64,000 nucleotides of DNA, from positions 1,834 to 65,833 of the forward strand of contig JAFXJO010000096.1 in the NCBI GenBank assembly GCA_017532185.1, written 5' to 3'. Of the stretch, positions 1-8,816 are shown piece after piece. The notes beneath the pieces are model-generated. The model made no database searches. It was not told the origin of the DNA and worked only from the letters and a program-made list of their open reading frames with translations. Within the stretch, counting starts at the first letter, position 1. Each line of letters begins with the position of its first letter. This DNA is from Clostridia bacterium (lineage in GTDB: Bacteria; Bacillota; Clostridia; Oscillospirales; Acutalibacteraceae). A program made the position numbers and the translations under genes.

Positions 1-1818
1 AACGCCTCTTGCATTATCAACAGCGCTGCCGCCGAATGACGAAACTGTCTGAAGGTCGCCGTAAGCGGAAATGATATATACAAACGAATCTGCTTCGCCG
101 TAATTCTTAAGAGCAAAGTCTCTGTTTGTTGAGTTTGTGTAGCCTGAAAGAGCGAAGCCGCCGGGAACAGCCGTGATATCACTGATGACATCGTTCTGGA
201 ACCCGATAAGAGGTTTCATCCACTTCTGCTTGCCGTCTGCAGTAACTTTTATAACCATACCGTCAAACGTACCCTGATTGCCGCCGTTATAGATATCAGC
301 AAACGTGCCTGAGTTCTTGCCGTCAGCGCCCGAAGCATACTGACCTGCGATAACACAGCCGTCGTTTGTTGCTATAACTGAATAGAGCTGAGTTCTGCCT
401 GCGCCGTAATAGCAGTTTTTCCACTGGATGTTACCGTCTTTATTAAGCTTCATAAGGATGGTTGTTTCGAGACCACTCTTTGTTCCGGGGATATCAGCAT
501 ATTCTGCAACCGTTTCAACCGTTGCATAAATGTCTCCGTTTGAAGCAACCGCTAAATTCTTAACTGATGAGTGAAGTTTAGATGAAATAGCGTTTTTCCA
601 CTGGATGTTGCCGTTTGCATCGCACTTTATAACAAATGCCTTATATGTTTCGCCTGTAAGTCCTGAAAAATCGCCGTCAGCCGAACCGCCTTTACCGCCG
701 ATAACGAAACCGCCGTCAGATGTGGGCGCAATGCCGTAAATCATATCTGAGCCGCTGCCGCCGACCATCTTTATGAATTTCTTTGTGCCGTCAGCAGAAT
801 ACTTAATCATAATACCTTCAACCGTATTCTTGCACTTGAAGGTTGCGTCTGTTACGCCGTCAATTACGGTGCCGCTTGTGTAGCCGACTGCAATAATACT
901 TCCGTCCTTAAGCACCGCAACGTTTTCAAGCTGACAGATTTTATTTGAATTGATTGTATCCTGCCATGCAACGCTGCCGTCTTTATTATACTTAACAACT
1001 ACTGCGCCGAAGCCCTTTGACTTGCCGTCGCCGCCAATCGAAAGCTTTGCGCCGACAGCGATAATGCCGCCGTCATTCATCATAGCATTGTTGGTGAAAA
1101 CGTAATGGTCATTTTCGTTGCCGTATGTTTTAAGCCAACCGGCTTTTGCAAGCTGAGTTTTGGGAAGAGTTGTGCCCATGGGAGCAACGTCACCGATTGT
1201 GGGCGGATTATATGAAGGAATTTCAACTCTGATGGTTGTTTTGTAGGAATCAGCATTGTTGTTTGGAGCCTTGGTGGGGGCTGCGGTTACAACCTTTGTT
1301 GCAGGAACACGCGAAACAAACTCTACCGCGCCGTTATCTTTTGTTACCATCTCAACCTTATTGTTTGCGGCAATCTGCTCAAGCCTTGAGATTTCTTTGG
1401 GAGTGAGGTTTGAGGGATCGTTAACGCTTGCCTGGTTGAAGATATCGTCAACAAGCGACGACGGAGCTTCTTCCGTATTTGTCTGATATATGTTGAGCTT
1501 ACCGTTTTCTTCTTCAACTATGTAGCCCTTATCTTCTGCGTAATCCTTAACAGCTTCTTTCTGTGCCTCGTCAAGCTGATTTAAATTGGTATCTTTAAAT
1601 TCCTCGCCGAGAGCACCGACAATGATATCGGCAAGCTCAACGCCTTCAATCAGAACCTTTGAATATGAAGGCTCTTCGGGACTCTGATGGACAATAGATG
1701 CGTTCTGGGGCAAACCCGTTGTTGTTTCGCCGTCTTTAGAATCACAGGCAACAAAAACGGATGCGATGAGAACTATGCACATAAGTATGCACAGAAAACC
1801 CGTGTTTTTATTTTTCAT
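1..1818 (-). CDS. Lipoprotein with C-terminal beta-propeller repeats (3'-partial, runs off the window; absent from the ORF track)
   Basis: AGGAGG RBS then ATG at 1818. Manual translation MKNKNTGFLCILMCIVLIASVFVAC-DSK (lipobox), open to position 1, with repeated blades such as 'VKYNKDGSVAW', 'KCDANGNIQW', 'KLNKDGNIQW', 'DGGFVIGG'. Confidence 0.8.
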   Translation of the reverse strand, partial: MKNKNTGFLCILMCIVLIASVFVACDSKDGETTTGLPQNASIVHQSPEEPSYSKVLIEGVELADIIVGALGEEFKDTNLNQLDEAQKEAVKDYAEDKGYIVEEENGKLNIYQTNTEEAPSSLVDDIFNQASVNDPSNLTPKEISRLEQIAANNKVEMVTKDNGAVEFVSRVPATKVVTAAPTKAPNNNADSYKTTIRVEIPSYNPPTIGDVAPMGTTLPKTQLAKAGWLKTYGNENDHYVFTNNAMMNDGGIIAVGAKLSIGGDGKSKGFGAVVVKYNKDGSVAWQDTINSNKICQLENVAVLKDGSIIAVGYTSGTVIDGVTDATFKCKNTVEGIMIKYSADGTKKFIKMVGGSGSDMIYGIAPTSDGGFVIGGKGGSADGDFSGLTGETYKAFVIKCDANGNIQWKNAISSKLHSSVKNLAVASNGDIYATVETVAEYADIPGTKSGLETTILMKLNKDGNIQWKNCYYGAGRTQLYSVIATNDGCVIAGQYASGADGKNSGTFADIYNGGNQGTFDGMVIKVTADGKQKWMKPLIGFQNDVISDITAVPGGFALSGYTNSTNRDFALKNYGEADSFVYIISAYGDLQTVSSFGGSAVDNARGV

Positions 1819-2001
1819 AGGAATCCTCCTTTGGTTTTTATAGAGCAAACACTCTGCATAATAGTATGCTATCATAAATAACTTTTAAAATCAACCGTTT
1901 TTCTTCCATATTATAAAAATTCATATTTGTTTAAAAATTTGTATTTATTTTGGTTCTGATTTGGTATATAATCAGATTATACTTTATGTTCAGGTGATTT
2001 T

Positions 2002-2640
2002 ATGACGAAAAAAGAAAAAGCCCTGCTTGCTGTGCAGGCGCTCAAAACAAAATATCCCAACAGCCTTTGCTCCTTGAACGCTGATAATCCGCTTCAGCTC
2101 ATCATAGCAACCCGTCTTTCGGCTCAATGCACCGATGCAAGGGTTAACCTTGTAACACCCGAACTTTTTGCAAAATACAAAACGGTTGAAGATTTTGCCG
2201 CGGCAGACGTTGCGGATATTGAAAAAATCGTTCATTCCTGCGGCTTTTTCAGAGCAAAAGCAAAAGATATCGTGGGAATGTGCCAAAAAATGATAAGCGA
2301 TTTCGGCGGCGAAGTTCCCTCAACAATTGAGGATTTAACCTCTCTTCCGGGAGTCGGCAGAAAAACCGCCAACCTCATAATGGGCGACGTTTACGGCAAA
2401 CCTGCCGTTGTTGCAGACACACATCTTATCAGAATCTCCAACCTGCTCGGTCTTGTTGCAACAAAAGACCCGTTCAAGGTTGAAATGCAGCTTAAAGAAA
2501 TTCTTCCGCCCGAAGAAAGCAACGATTTTTGCCACCGCTGCGTTCTTCACGGCAGAGATACCTGCATCTCGGGCAGACCGAAATGCAGCGAATGCGAAAT
2601 GAACGGCTTCTGCTCATTTGCTCAGTCACATAAGGGTTGA
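2002..2640 (+). CDS. nth: Endonuclease III
   Basis: LSAQCTD, HhH LPGVGRKTA, VADTH and C-x6-C-x2-C-x5-C Fe-S motif. Confidence 0.95.
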   Translation: MTKKEKALLAVQALKTKYPNSLCSLNADNPLQLIIATRLSAQCTDARVNLVTPELFAKYKTVEDFAAADVADIEKIVHSCGFFRAKAKDIVGMCQKMISDFGGEVPSTIEDLTSLPGVGRKTANLIMGDVYGKPAVVADTHLIRISNLLGLVATKDPFKVEMQLKEILPPEESNDFCHRCVLHGRDTCISGRPKCSECEMNGFCSFAQSHKG

Positions 2641-2898
2641 TGCAAAAAATATTCCTCCGCTGATTGCCGCACCTGCGCAGGCGGCGGCACCCATATTAAG
2701 AGCAAGCTTCAATCTGCTTTTTCTGAGCCTTGCAGCAGGCGGAACGCTCGCACTTTGTGCGATTGCCGTTGCCCTCTCTTTCAGGTCCCCTTCACTGACG
2801 GCGGAATATTCGGGTTTTATGAAAAACAAAACCCTCTCAAAATATTCGCACTGCGTTTCCGTTATCTCCACAACCTGCCTGTTTATCCCCTTGATCAT
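2626..2898 (-). CDS. Small hypothetical protein with C-terminal hydrophobic helix
   Basis: GAAAGGAG RBS before MIKGINRQVVEIT; C-terminal TM-like segment; overlaps the nth 3' end convergently. Confidence 0.7.
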   Translation of the reverse strand: MIKGINRQVVEITETQCEYFERVLFFIKPEYSAVSEGDLKERATAIAQSASVPPAARLRKSRLKLALNMGAAACAGAAISGGIFFASTLM

Positions 2899-3090
2899 AC
2901 CCCGTTCTCCTTTCAAAAACTGCAGACTTTTACGGGAGCAAAAAACAGTTTGTTCTGCTCTGCCGTTTTCTGCTTCACCTTGTTATTTTGGGCGGTTTTT
3001 ATTGGGTTTATTCCTTTTAAACAATCGTAATACCGTCTGTTTCCGTCAATTTTTGCAGTTTTAAATGTAAAACGTTTTATACTTCTTGTA

Positions 3091-3189
3091 TAATCCACGT
3101 TTTTCACAACAAATGTGGAAAACCGAGTGGAAAAGGTGGATAACCAACGTTAAAAACCCTGTTTTATCAACAGAACTGCGTGTGGAAAA
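3091..3189. promoter_or_regulatory. DnaA-box cluster (7 boxes)
   Basis: TAATCCACG 3091, TTTTTCACA 3100, TGTGGAAAA 3114, AGTGGAAAA 3126, GGTGGATAA 3135, TTATCAACA 3164, TGTGGAAAA 3181 compared with consensus TTWTNCACA; followed by an AT-rich tract. Confidence 0.8.
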
Positions 3190-3318
3190 CTTTTATTTTT
3201 CTTTTTTTTCATATACTTTCGGTTGTACAATCTTTACAATTTGATGAAAAATGTCATAAATTTTTAGTCATTTCGATAGTGAAGTTTTAATAATATTACA
3301 AATTGGAGAATTTTTGCC

Positions 3319-4137
3319 ATGGTAGATTACATAAAAAAATCCAATTGCATAACGCTTGAAAGAAACTGCTTTGATGCCGCCCTGAGCGTTGATTGCGGTC
3401 AGTCTTTCCGCTGGAAAAAAATAAACGAAACCGACGTTTCGGGCATCGCATTCGGCAAAGCACTTACTTTCCGTCAAACAGAAAAAGAAATCATATTTTT
3501 TGATACCGACGGTGAGGATTTTGAAAAAATCTGGGTACCGTATTTTGACCTTGAACGCGATTACGGCGCAATCTGCGAGAGCTTCAAAAGTGACTCTTAT
3601 CTCGGCAAGGCTGTTACGGAATGCACAGGCATAAGAATTCTGAAGCAGGATTCCTGGGAAGCATTGTGCTCTTTTATTATTTCACAAAACAACAACATTC
3701 CCAGAATAAAAGGCATTGTTGAACGCCTTTGCGTTGCTCTCGGCGAGCCTCTGGGCAACGGGAATTATGCTTTTCCCTCTGCCGCAAAAATAGCAGAGGC
3801 GGGCATTGATGCTCTTGCTCCCCTGCGTGCAGGCTTCAGAGCAAAATACATCATCGATGCCGCCGAAAAGGTTGCTTCGGGAGAGGTTGATTTTGAAAAG
3901 ATTTATGCTTCTCCGCTTGATGAAGGCAGAGACGAACTGATAAAAATCAAGGGAGTCGGAGAAAAGGTTGCGCAATGCGCTCTGCTTTACGGCTTCGGCA
4001 AGGTTGACGCATTTCCCGTTGACGTTTGGGTGAAACGCATTATGGCAGAGCTTTATCCCGACGGACTTCCCGAATGCACAAACGGCGTGCGCGGCATCGC
4101 CCAGCAATATCTTTTTCATTGGTACAGAACAAAATAA
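3319..4137 (+). CDS. ogg: 8-oxoguanine DNA glycosylase (OGG1-like HhH-GPD)
   Basis: CGQSFRW N-terminal motif, FIISQNNNIPRI, HhH IKGVGEKVA, FPVDVWV, AQQYLF. Confidence 0.9.
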   Translation: MVDYIKKSNCITLERNCFDAALSVDCGQSFRWKKINETDVSGIAFGKALTFRQTEKEIIFFDTDGEDFEKIWVPYFDLERDYGAICESFKSDSYLGKAVTECTGIRILKQDSWEALCSFIISQNNNIPRIKGIVERLCVALGEPLGNGNYAFPSAAKIAEAGIDALAPLRAGFRAKYIIDAAEKVASGEVDFEKIYASPLDEGRDELIKIKGVGEKVAQCALLYGFGKVDAFPVDVWVKRIMAELYPDGLPECTNGVRGIAQQYLFHWYRTK

Positions 4138-4140
4138 AAA

Positions 4141-4179
4141 AACAGGCTTGCTCAGGTAAACAACCTTTGCAAGCCTGTT
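4141..4179. terminator. Probable bidirectional intrinsic terminator between ogg and mtnN
   Basis: AACAGGCTTGC...GCAAGCCTGTT inverted repeat between convergent genes. Confidence 0.7.
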
Positions 4180-4189
4180 CTGCTTTTCA

Positions 4190-4879
4190 TCAGATATTTA
4201 TAACAAAGCTCTCAATAAGTTTTGCCGCATTTGCCGCCGCCATAGGCAGGAATTCGCCGTAATCCATATGCGAGCTGCCGTCAGCACAGTCCGAAACAGC
4301 CCTCACAACGCCAAAAGGCACTCCGTTTGTGTAGCATACCTGCGCAATGCTTGCGCCTTCCATTTCGCAAACAACCGCATTGAAATTGCTCTTGATAAAA
4401 TCTTTCTTCGCCGGGTCGGCAATAAACTGGTCGCCCGATGCAATAACACCGCGAAGAGCCTTTATTCCGTCAACGCTTTCAACGCTTTTTTCAAGGATTT
4501 CAACAACTTTCGGGTCGCAAGGCATATTGATAACGTTTATGCCCGAAATGAAGCCAACCGGGTCTCCGAGGGGCGACGTATCCATATCGTGCTGCACAAG
4601 GCTTTCTGCAACCGCAACGTCTCCGATTGCAAGCTTTTCGCTCAGACTGCCGCCGACGCCCGTGTTGATAATTCTTTCGGGAGCATATCTGAGAATCATC
4701 GTCTGCGCGCACATTGCCGCCGCAACCTTACCGATTCCGCAAACCGCGGTAACGATTTTTTTGCCGTGAAGCGTACCTGTTACGTATTCAACTCCGCTGA
4801 TAACCTCGCTCTGCTTATCCTGCATGAGCGATTTTATTGTTTCGACCTCAATTTTCATTGCGCCGATAATACCTGTCAT
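4190..4879 (-). CDS. mtnN: 5'-methylthioadenosine/S-adenosylhomocysteine nucleosidase
   Basis: GIIGAM, GIGKV, SGDQFI, EMEGASIA, RAVSD motifs; start re-assigned after GGAGG RBS. Confidence 0.93.
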   Translation of the reverse strand: MTGIIGAMKIEVETIKSLMQDKQSEVISGVEYVTGTLHGKKIVTAVCGIGKVAAAMCAQTMILRYAPERIINTGVGGSLSEKLAIGDVAVAESLVQHDMDTSPLGDPVGFISGINVINMPCDPKVVEILEKSVESVDGIKALRGVIASGDQFIADPAKKDFIKSNFNAVVCEMEGASIAQVCYTNGVPFGVVRAVSDCADGSSHMDYGEFLPMAAANAAKLIESFVINI

Positions 4880-5024
4880 AAAAACACCTCCGTAGAAATT
4901 TATTTTATCACATACGCAAAGAAATGGCAAGCAGCATATTCAAAACTATATTTTTGTAATAAAATTATCTGTAATTGTTGCTTATTTCAGATAGCTGTGT
5001 TATTATTACAATATATATACTAAA

Positions 5025-6368
5025 ATGGAGCATTTTGACGTGGAAAATATAATCATCATTGCAATGCTTGCGGCGGTAATAATTCTGCTTGTTATTCTGC
5101 TCGCAAAGCAATCAAAACAAAAATCCGATAATTCCGAGAAAAAAATCGAAGCTCTCGGTTCAGGGCTGAACGAGCTTTCAAAAGCAATCGGGGCTGAATT
5201 TGAACGTAATCGCCGCGAAACTCAGGCCAGCCAGCGCGATATGCGTCTTGAAACTGCACAAAGCCTCAATCAGATGAATGAGAAGCTTGAGAACCTGCGC
5301 GTTGATAACACAAAACAGAGCGCTGAGCTTTCAAAAGCTCTCGGCGATTCGCTCAACACAATCAGACTCAATAACCTTGAGCAGAACGAAAAACAAAGCC
5401 GCGCTCTGACCGATGCCGTTGATAAGATGCGCGAAAGCAACGAAAAAAAGCTTGAGCAAATGCGTCTGACGGTTGACGAAAAGCTGACCTCCACACTTTC
5501 TCAAAGGCTTGACAGCTCATTCAAAACCGTTTCGGACAGACTCGAAAACGTTTATAAATCTCTCGGCGAAATGAAGGAGCTTTCAAACGGAGTTACGGCA
5601 AACGTTGCTTCGCTCAACAGAGTTCTCACAAACGTCAAAGCAAGAGGCACCTGGGCGGAGGTTCAGCTCGGTGCGATACTTGACCAAACAATTCCCGGTA
5701 TGTACGAAACAAACTTCGCCTGCAATCCCTCTTCAAAAGACAGAGTTGAGTTTGCGGTGCGCATTCCCTCGGGCGACGACAGCGAGAGAATAACCTATCT
5801 GCCCATCGACTCAAAATTCCCGATGGAAGATTATATCCGCCTTTGCGATGCCGCCGATTCTGCCGACGCAGATGCTCTTGCCGCCGCAAGAAAGGCTCTT
5901 GAAGCACGCATTTTAGGCGAAGCAAAAACCATCGCGAAATATATAAACGTTCCCACAACAACTCCCTTTGCAATAATGTATCTCGCAACCGAAGGTCTTT
6001 ATGCCGAAATCGCATCCTCACGCAACGCGATAAGCGAAAGAATAAGAAGCGAATATAACATTATGATAGCAGGGCCTTCAACTATAACAGCTCTGCTCAA
6101 TTCTCTTTCTCTCGGCTTCAGAGCCGTTGCCATCAACGAAAAAGCAAACGAGGTCCGTCTGCTTCTTGCCGCGGCAAAGGTTCAGTATGATAAATTCGGC
6201 GTCGTTCTCCATAAGGCAAAACAGAAAATCGATGAAGCGGGTAAATCTCTTGAAGAAGCTGATCACCGCAACGAAATTATCAGAAAGAAGCTTAAAAAGG
6301 TTGAAGAAATCGACGGCATGAATGCCGACGAAATATTAGGTTTGGAAGAAAATAATTCAGATATATAA
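5025..6368 (+). CDS. rmuC: DNA recombination protein RmuC
   Basis: N-terminal TM, coiled coil, RGTWAEVQL, PIDSKFP, KYINVP, GPST motifs. Confidence 0.9.
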   Translation: MEHFDVENIIIIAMLAAVIILLVILLAKQSKQKSDNSEKKIEALGSGLNELSKAIGAEFERNRRETQASQRDMRLETAQSLNQMNEKLENLRVDNTKQSAELSKALGDSLNTIRLNNLEQNEKQSRALTDAVDKMRESNEKKLEQMRLTVDEKLTSTLSQRLDSSFKTVSDRLENVYKSLGEMKELSNGVTANVASLNRVLTNVKARGTWAEVQLGAILDQTIPGMYETNFACNPSSKDRVEFAVRIPSGDDSERITYLPIDSKFPMEDYIRLCDAADSADADALAAARKALEARILGEAKTIAKYINVPTTTPFAIMYLATEGLYAEIASSRNAISERIRSEYNIMIAGPSTITALLNSLSLGFRAVAINEKANEVRLLLAAAKVQYDKFGVVLHKAKQKIDEAGKSLEEADHRNEIIRKKLKKVEEIDGMNADEILGLEENNSDI

Positions 6369-6381
6369 GGAGGAATACTCA

Positions 6382-8799
6382 ATGAAAGACCCCAAGGAAA
6401 TTCTCGCTTTGATGAGCCTTGAAGAAAAGGCTGCAATCTGTGACGGCGAAAACTTCTGGAACCTCAAAGCAATGGAAAAATACGGCATCCCCTCAATCAT
6501 GGTTTGCGACGGCCCTCACGGACTCCGCAAAAAGGATTACAGCAAAAAGGGTGACAGCCTGAGCAACAGCGTGCCTGCAATCAGCTACCCTACAGCGGCA
6601 ACAACCGCTTGCTCATGGGACCCCGACCTTCTCTATGAAATGGGCGTTGCCCTCGGCAAAAAGTGCCTCAAGGAGCAGGTTGGCGTGCTTCTCGGCCCCG
6701 GTATCAATATGAAGCGTTCTCCCCTTTGCGGCAGAAACTTTGAATATTTCTCCGAAGACCCCATTCTTGCAGGCGAACTTGCCGCAAGCTTCATTAACGG
6801 CGTTCAGTCGATGGGTGTCGGCACTTCGCTCAAGCATTTCTGCGCAAACAGCCAGGAAACACGCAGAATGACCTGCGATTCCGTTGTTGACGAAAGAGCT
6901 CTGCGCGAAATCTATCTCACAGCGTTTGAAATTGCGGTTAAAAAGGCAAAGCCCTGGACCGTTATGAACTCATATAACAAAATCAACGGCGCTCACGGTT
7001 CCGAAAACAGACACACCCAGATTGAGATTCTCCGCGACGAATGGGGCTTTGACGGCGTTGTTGTAAGTGACTGGGGCGCAGTTAACAACAGAGTTCTCGG
7101 CTTCAAGAACGGTAACGACCTCGAAATGCCCTCATCATCAGGCTCAGGCGCAAAGAAAATCGTTGAAGCAGTAAAGAACGGTCAGCTCGACAAGGCAGTT
7201 CTTGACGAAAGAGCTCTCAATATGCTCAACCTCATCAAGAAGGCTGTTGACGGTTCAAAAGAAAACTACGAATATAACGATATCGATGACCAGCCTCTTG
7301 CAAGAAAGATTGCCGCACAGTCGATGGTTCTTCTCAAGAACGACGGCATTCTTCCTCTCAGAAAGGGCAGCAAAATCGCTGTTATCGGCGAACTTGCAAG
7401 AACTCCCAGATATCAGGGCGCAGGCTCATCACATATCAACCCCACAAAGCTTGATAATGCCCTTGACGAACTCATCGCTTCGGGCTTCAAGATTCAGTTT
7501 GCTCAGGGCTATGAGCTCAAAGCAAAGAAGGCAAAGAAAAACGCTGCTCACCTTGCAGAAGCAATCGAGCTTGCAAAGAATAACGAAAGAGTTGTTGTAT
7601 TTGTTGGTCTTACCGACGAATACGAAGCTGAAGGTTTTGACAGAAGCATTATGTCTCTTCCCGATGCTCATAACAAGCTCATCGAAGAAATCCTCAAGGT
7701 TAACAAAAACGTTATCGTTGTTCTCGCAGGCGGTTCACCCGTTGAGCTTCCCTGGAACGACGGCGTTAACGCTCTTCTTCATTCATATCTCGGCGGTCAG
7801 GCTGGCGCAGGCGCAGTTGCAGATATCCTCTGCGGCGACGTTAACCCCAGCGGTAAGCTCCCCGAAACATATCCCATGTGCTATAACTGCACACCTGCAA
7901 AGAACAACTTCCCCGGCAACCCTGCTTCCGTTGAATACAGAGAAAGCGTTTATATCGGCTACAGATATTACGATAAGATTGAAAAGCAGGTTCGTTATCC
8001 CTTCGGCTTCGGTCTTTCATACACAACGTTCGAATACAGCAACATTCAGCTTGACAAGACCGAAATGGACGAAAACGACGTTCTCACCGTTTCATTCAGA
8101 GTTCAGAACACAGGCAAGGTTGCAGGCTACGAAACAGCTCAGCTCTACGTTGCAGATAAAGAGAGCACAATCTACAGACCCGTTAAGGAACTCAAGGGCT
8201 TCAAAAAGGTATGGCTTGAACCCGGCGAATGCAAAGAAATCAGCATTCAGCTTTCAAAGAGAGCATTTGCTTTCTATAACGTAAACATCAACGACTGGTG
8301 CGTTGAAAGCGGCGCATTCGATATTCTCGTTGGTTCTTCAAGCGCAGACATCAAGCTCAGCGCAACGGTTAACGTTTACGCTCCCGAGGTAAGCATTCCC
8401 GATTACTCACAGGTTGCACCTCTCTACTATACAGGTGAAGTTCAGAACGTTCCCGCAGAGCAGTTTGTTGCAGTTCTCGGCAGAGAGCTTCCTCCCTCTG
8501 ATTATGACCCCAACAGAAAGCTCGGCATCGTTGACACGTTCGAAAGCTGCAGCCACACAAAGAACGGCAAGAGAATGTATAATCTTCTCAAGAAGCTCGT
8601 TCCCGCAGGCTTTGCTCAGGCAATTGCTCTGCAGACTCCTTTCCGCGATTTCATCAGCATGAGCGGCGGTGTTTTCAGCGAGCAGATGGCAGAGGGTCTT
8701 GTAAGACTCCTCAGCGGCGAAAAGGGCGGTATCCGTATGATTCTCAAGGGTATTCCCAAAGCAATCGCAGGCATCGGTCCTCTTCTTAAAAACATCTGA
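6382..8799 (+). CDS. GH3 beta-glucosidase with C-terminal Fn3-like domain
   Basis: DGPHGLRK, GRNFEYFSEDP, LKHF, SDW nucleophile, YPFGFGLSYT, ELKGFKKV. Confidence 0.92.
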   Translation: MKDPKEILALMSLEEKAAICDGENFWNLKAMEKYGIPSIMVCDGPHGLRKKDYSKKGDSLSNSVPAISYPTAATTACSWDPDLLYEMGVALGKKCLKEQVGVLLGPGINMKRSPLCGRNFEYFSEDPILAGELAASFINGVQSMGVGTSLKHFCANSQETRRMTCDSVVDERALREIYLTAFEIAVKKAKPWTVMNSYNKINGAHGSENRHTQIEILRDEWGFDGVVVSDWGAVNNRVLGFKNGNDLEMPSSSGSGAKKIVEAVKNGQLDKAVLDERALNMLNLIKKAVDGSKENYEYNDIDDQPLARKIAAQSMVLLKNDGILPLRKGSKIAVIGELARTPRYQGAGSSHINPTKLDNALDELIASGFKIQFAQGYELKAKKAKKNAAHLAEAIELAKNNERVVVFVGLTDEYEAEGFDRSIMSLPDAHNKLIEEILKVNKNVIVVLAGGSPVELPWNDGVNALLHSYLGGQAGAGAVADILCGDVNPSGKLPETYPMCYNCTPAKNNFPGNPASVEYRESVYIGYRYYDKIEKQVRYPFGFGLSYTTFEYSNIQLDKTEMDENDVLTVSFRVQNTGKVAGYETAQLYVADKESTIYRPVKELKGFKKVWLEPGECKEISIQLSKRAFAFYNVNINDWCVESGAFDILVGSSSADIKLSATVNVYAPEVSIPDYSQVAPLYYTGEVQNVPAEQFVAVLGRELPPSDYDPNRKLGIVDTFESCSHTKNGKRMYNLLKKLVPAGFAQAIALQTPFRDFISMSGGVFSEQMAEGLVRLLSGEKGGIRMILKGIPKAIAGIGPLLKNI

Positions 8800-8816
8800 T
8801 AACAGGAGAAAAAAGA

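Noticed and set aside
4268-5023. 251-aa plus-strand ORF
   Set aside because: Antisense to mtnN.
7202-8284. 360-aa same-strand alternative-frame ORF inside GH3
   Set aside because: Ser/Thr/Leu-rich product of codon bias; no RBS.
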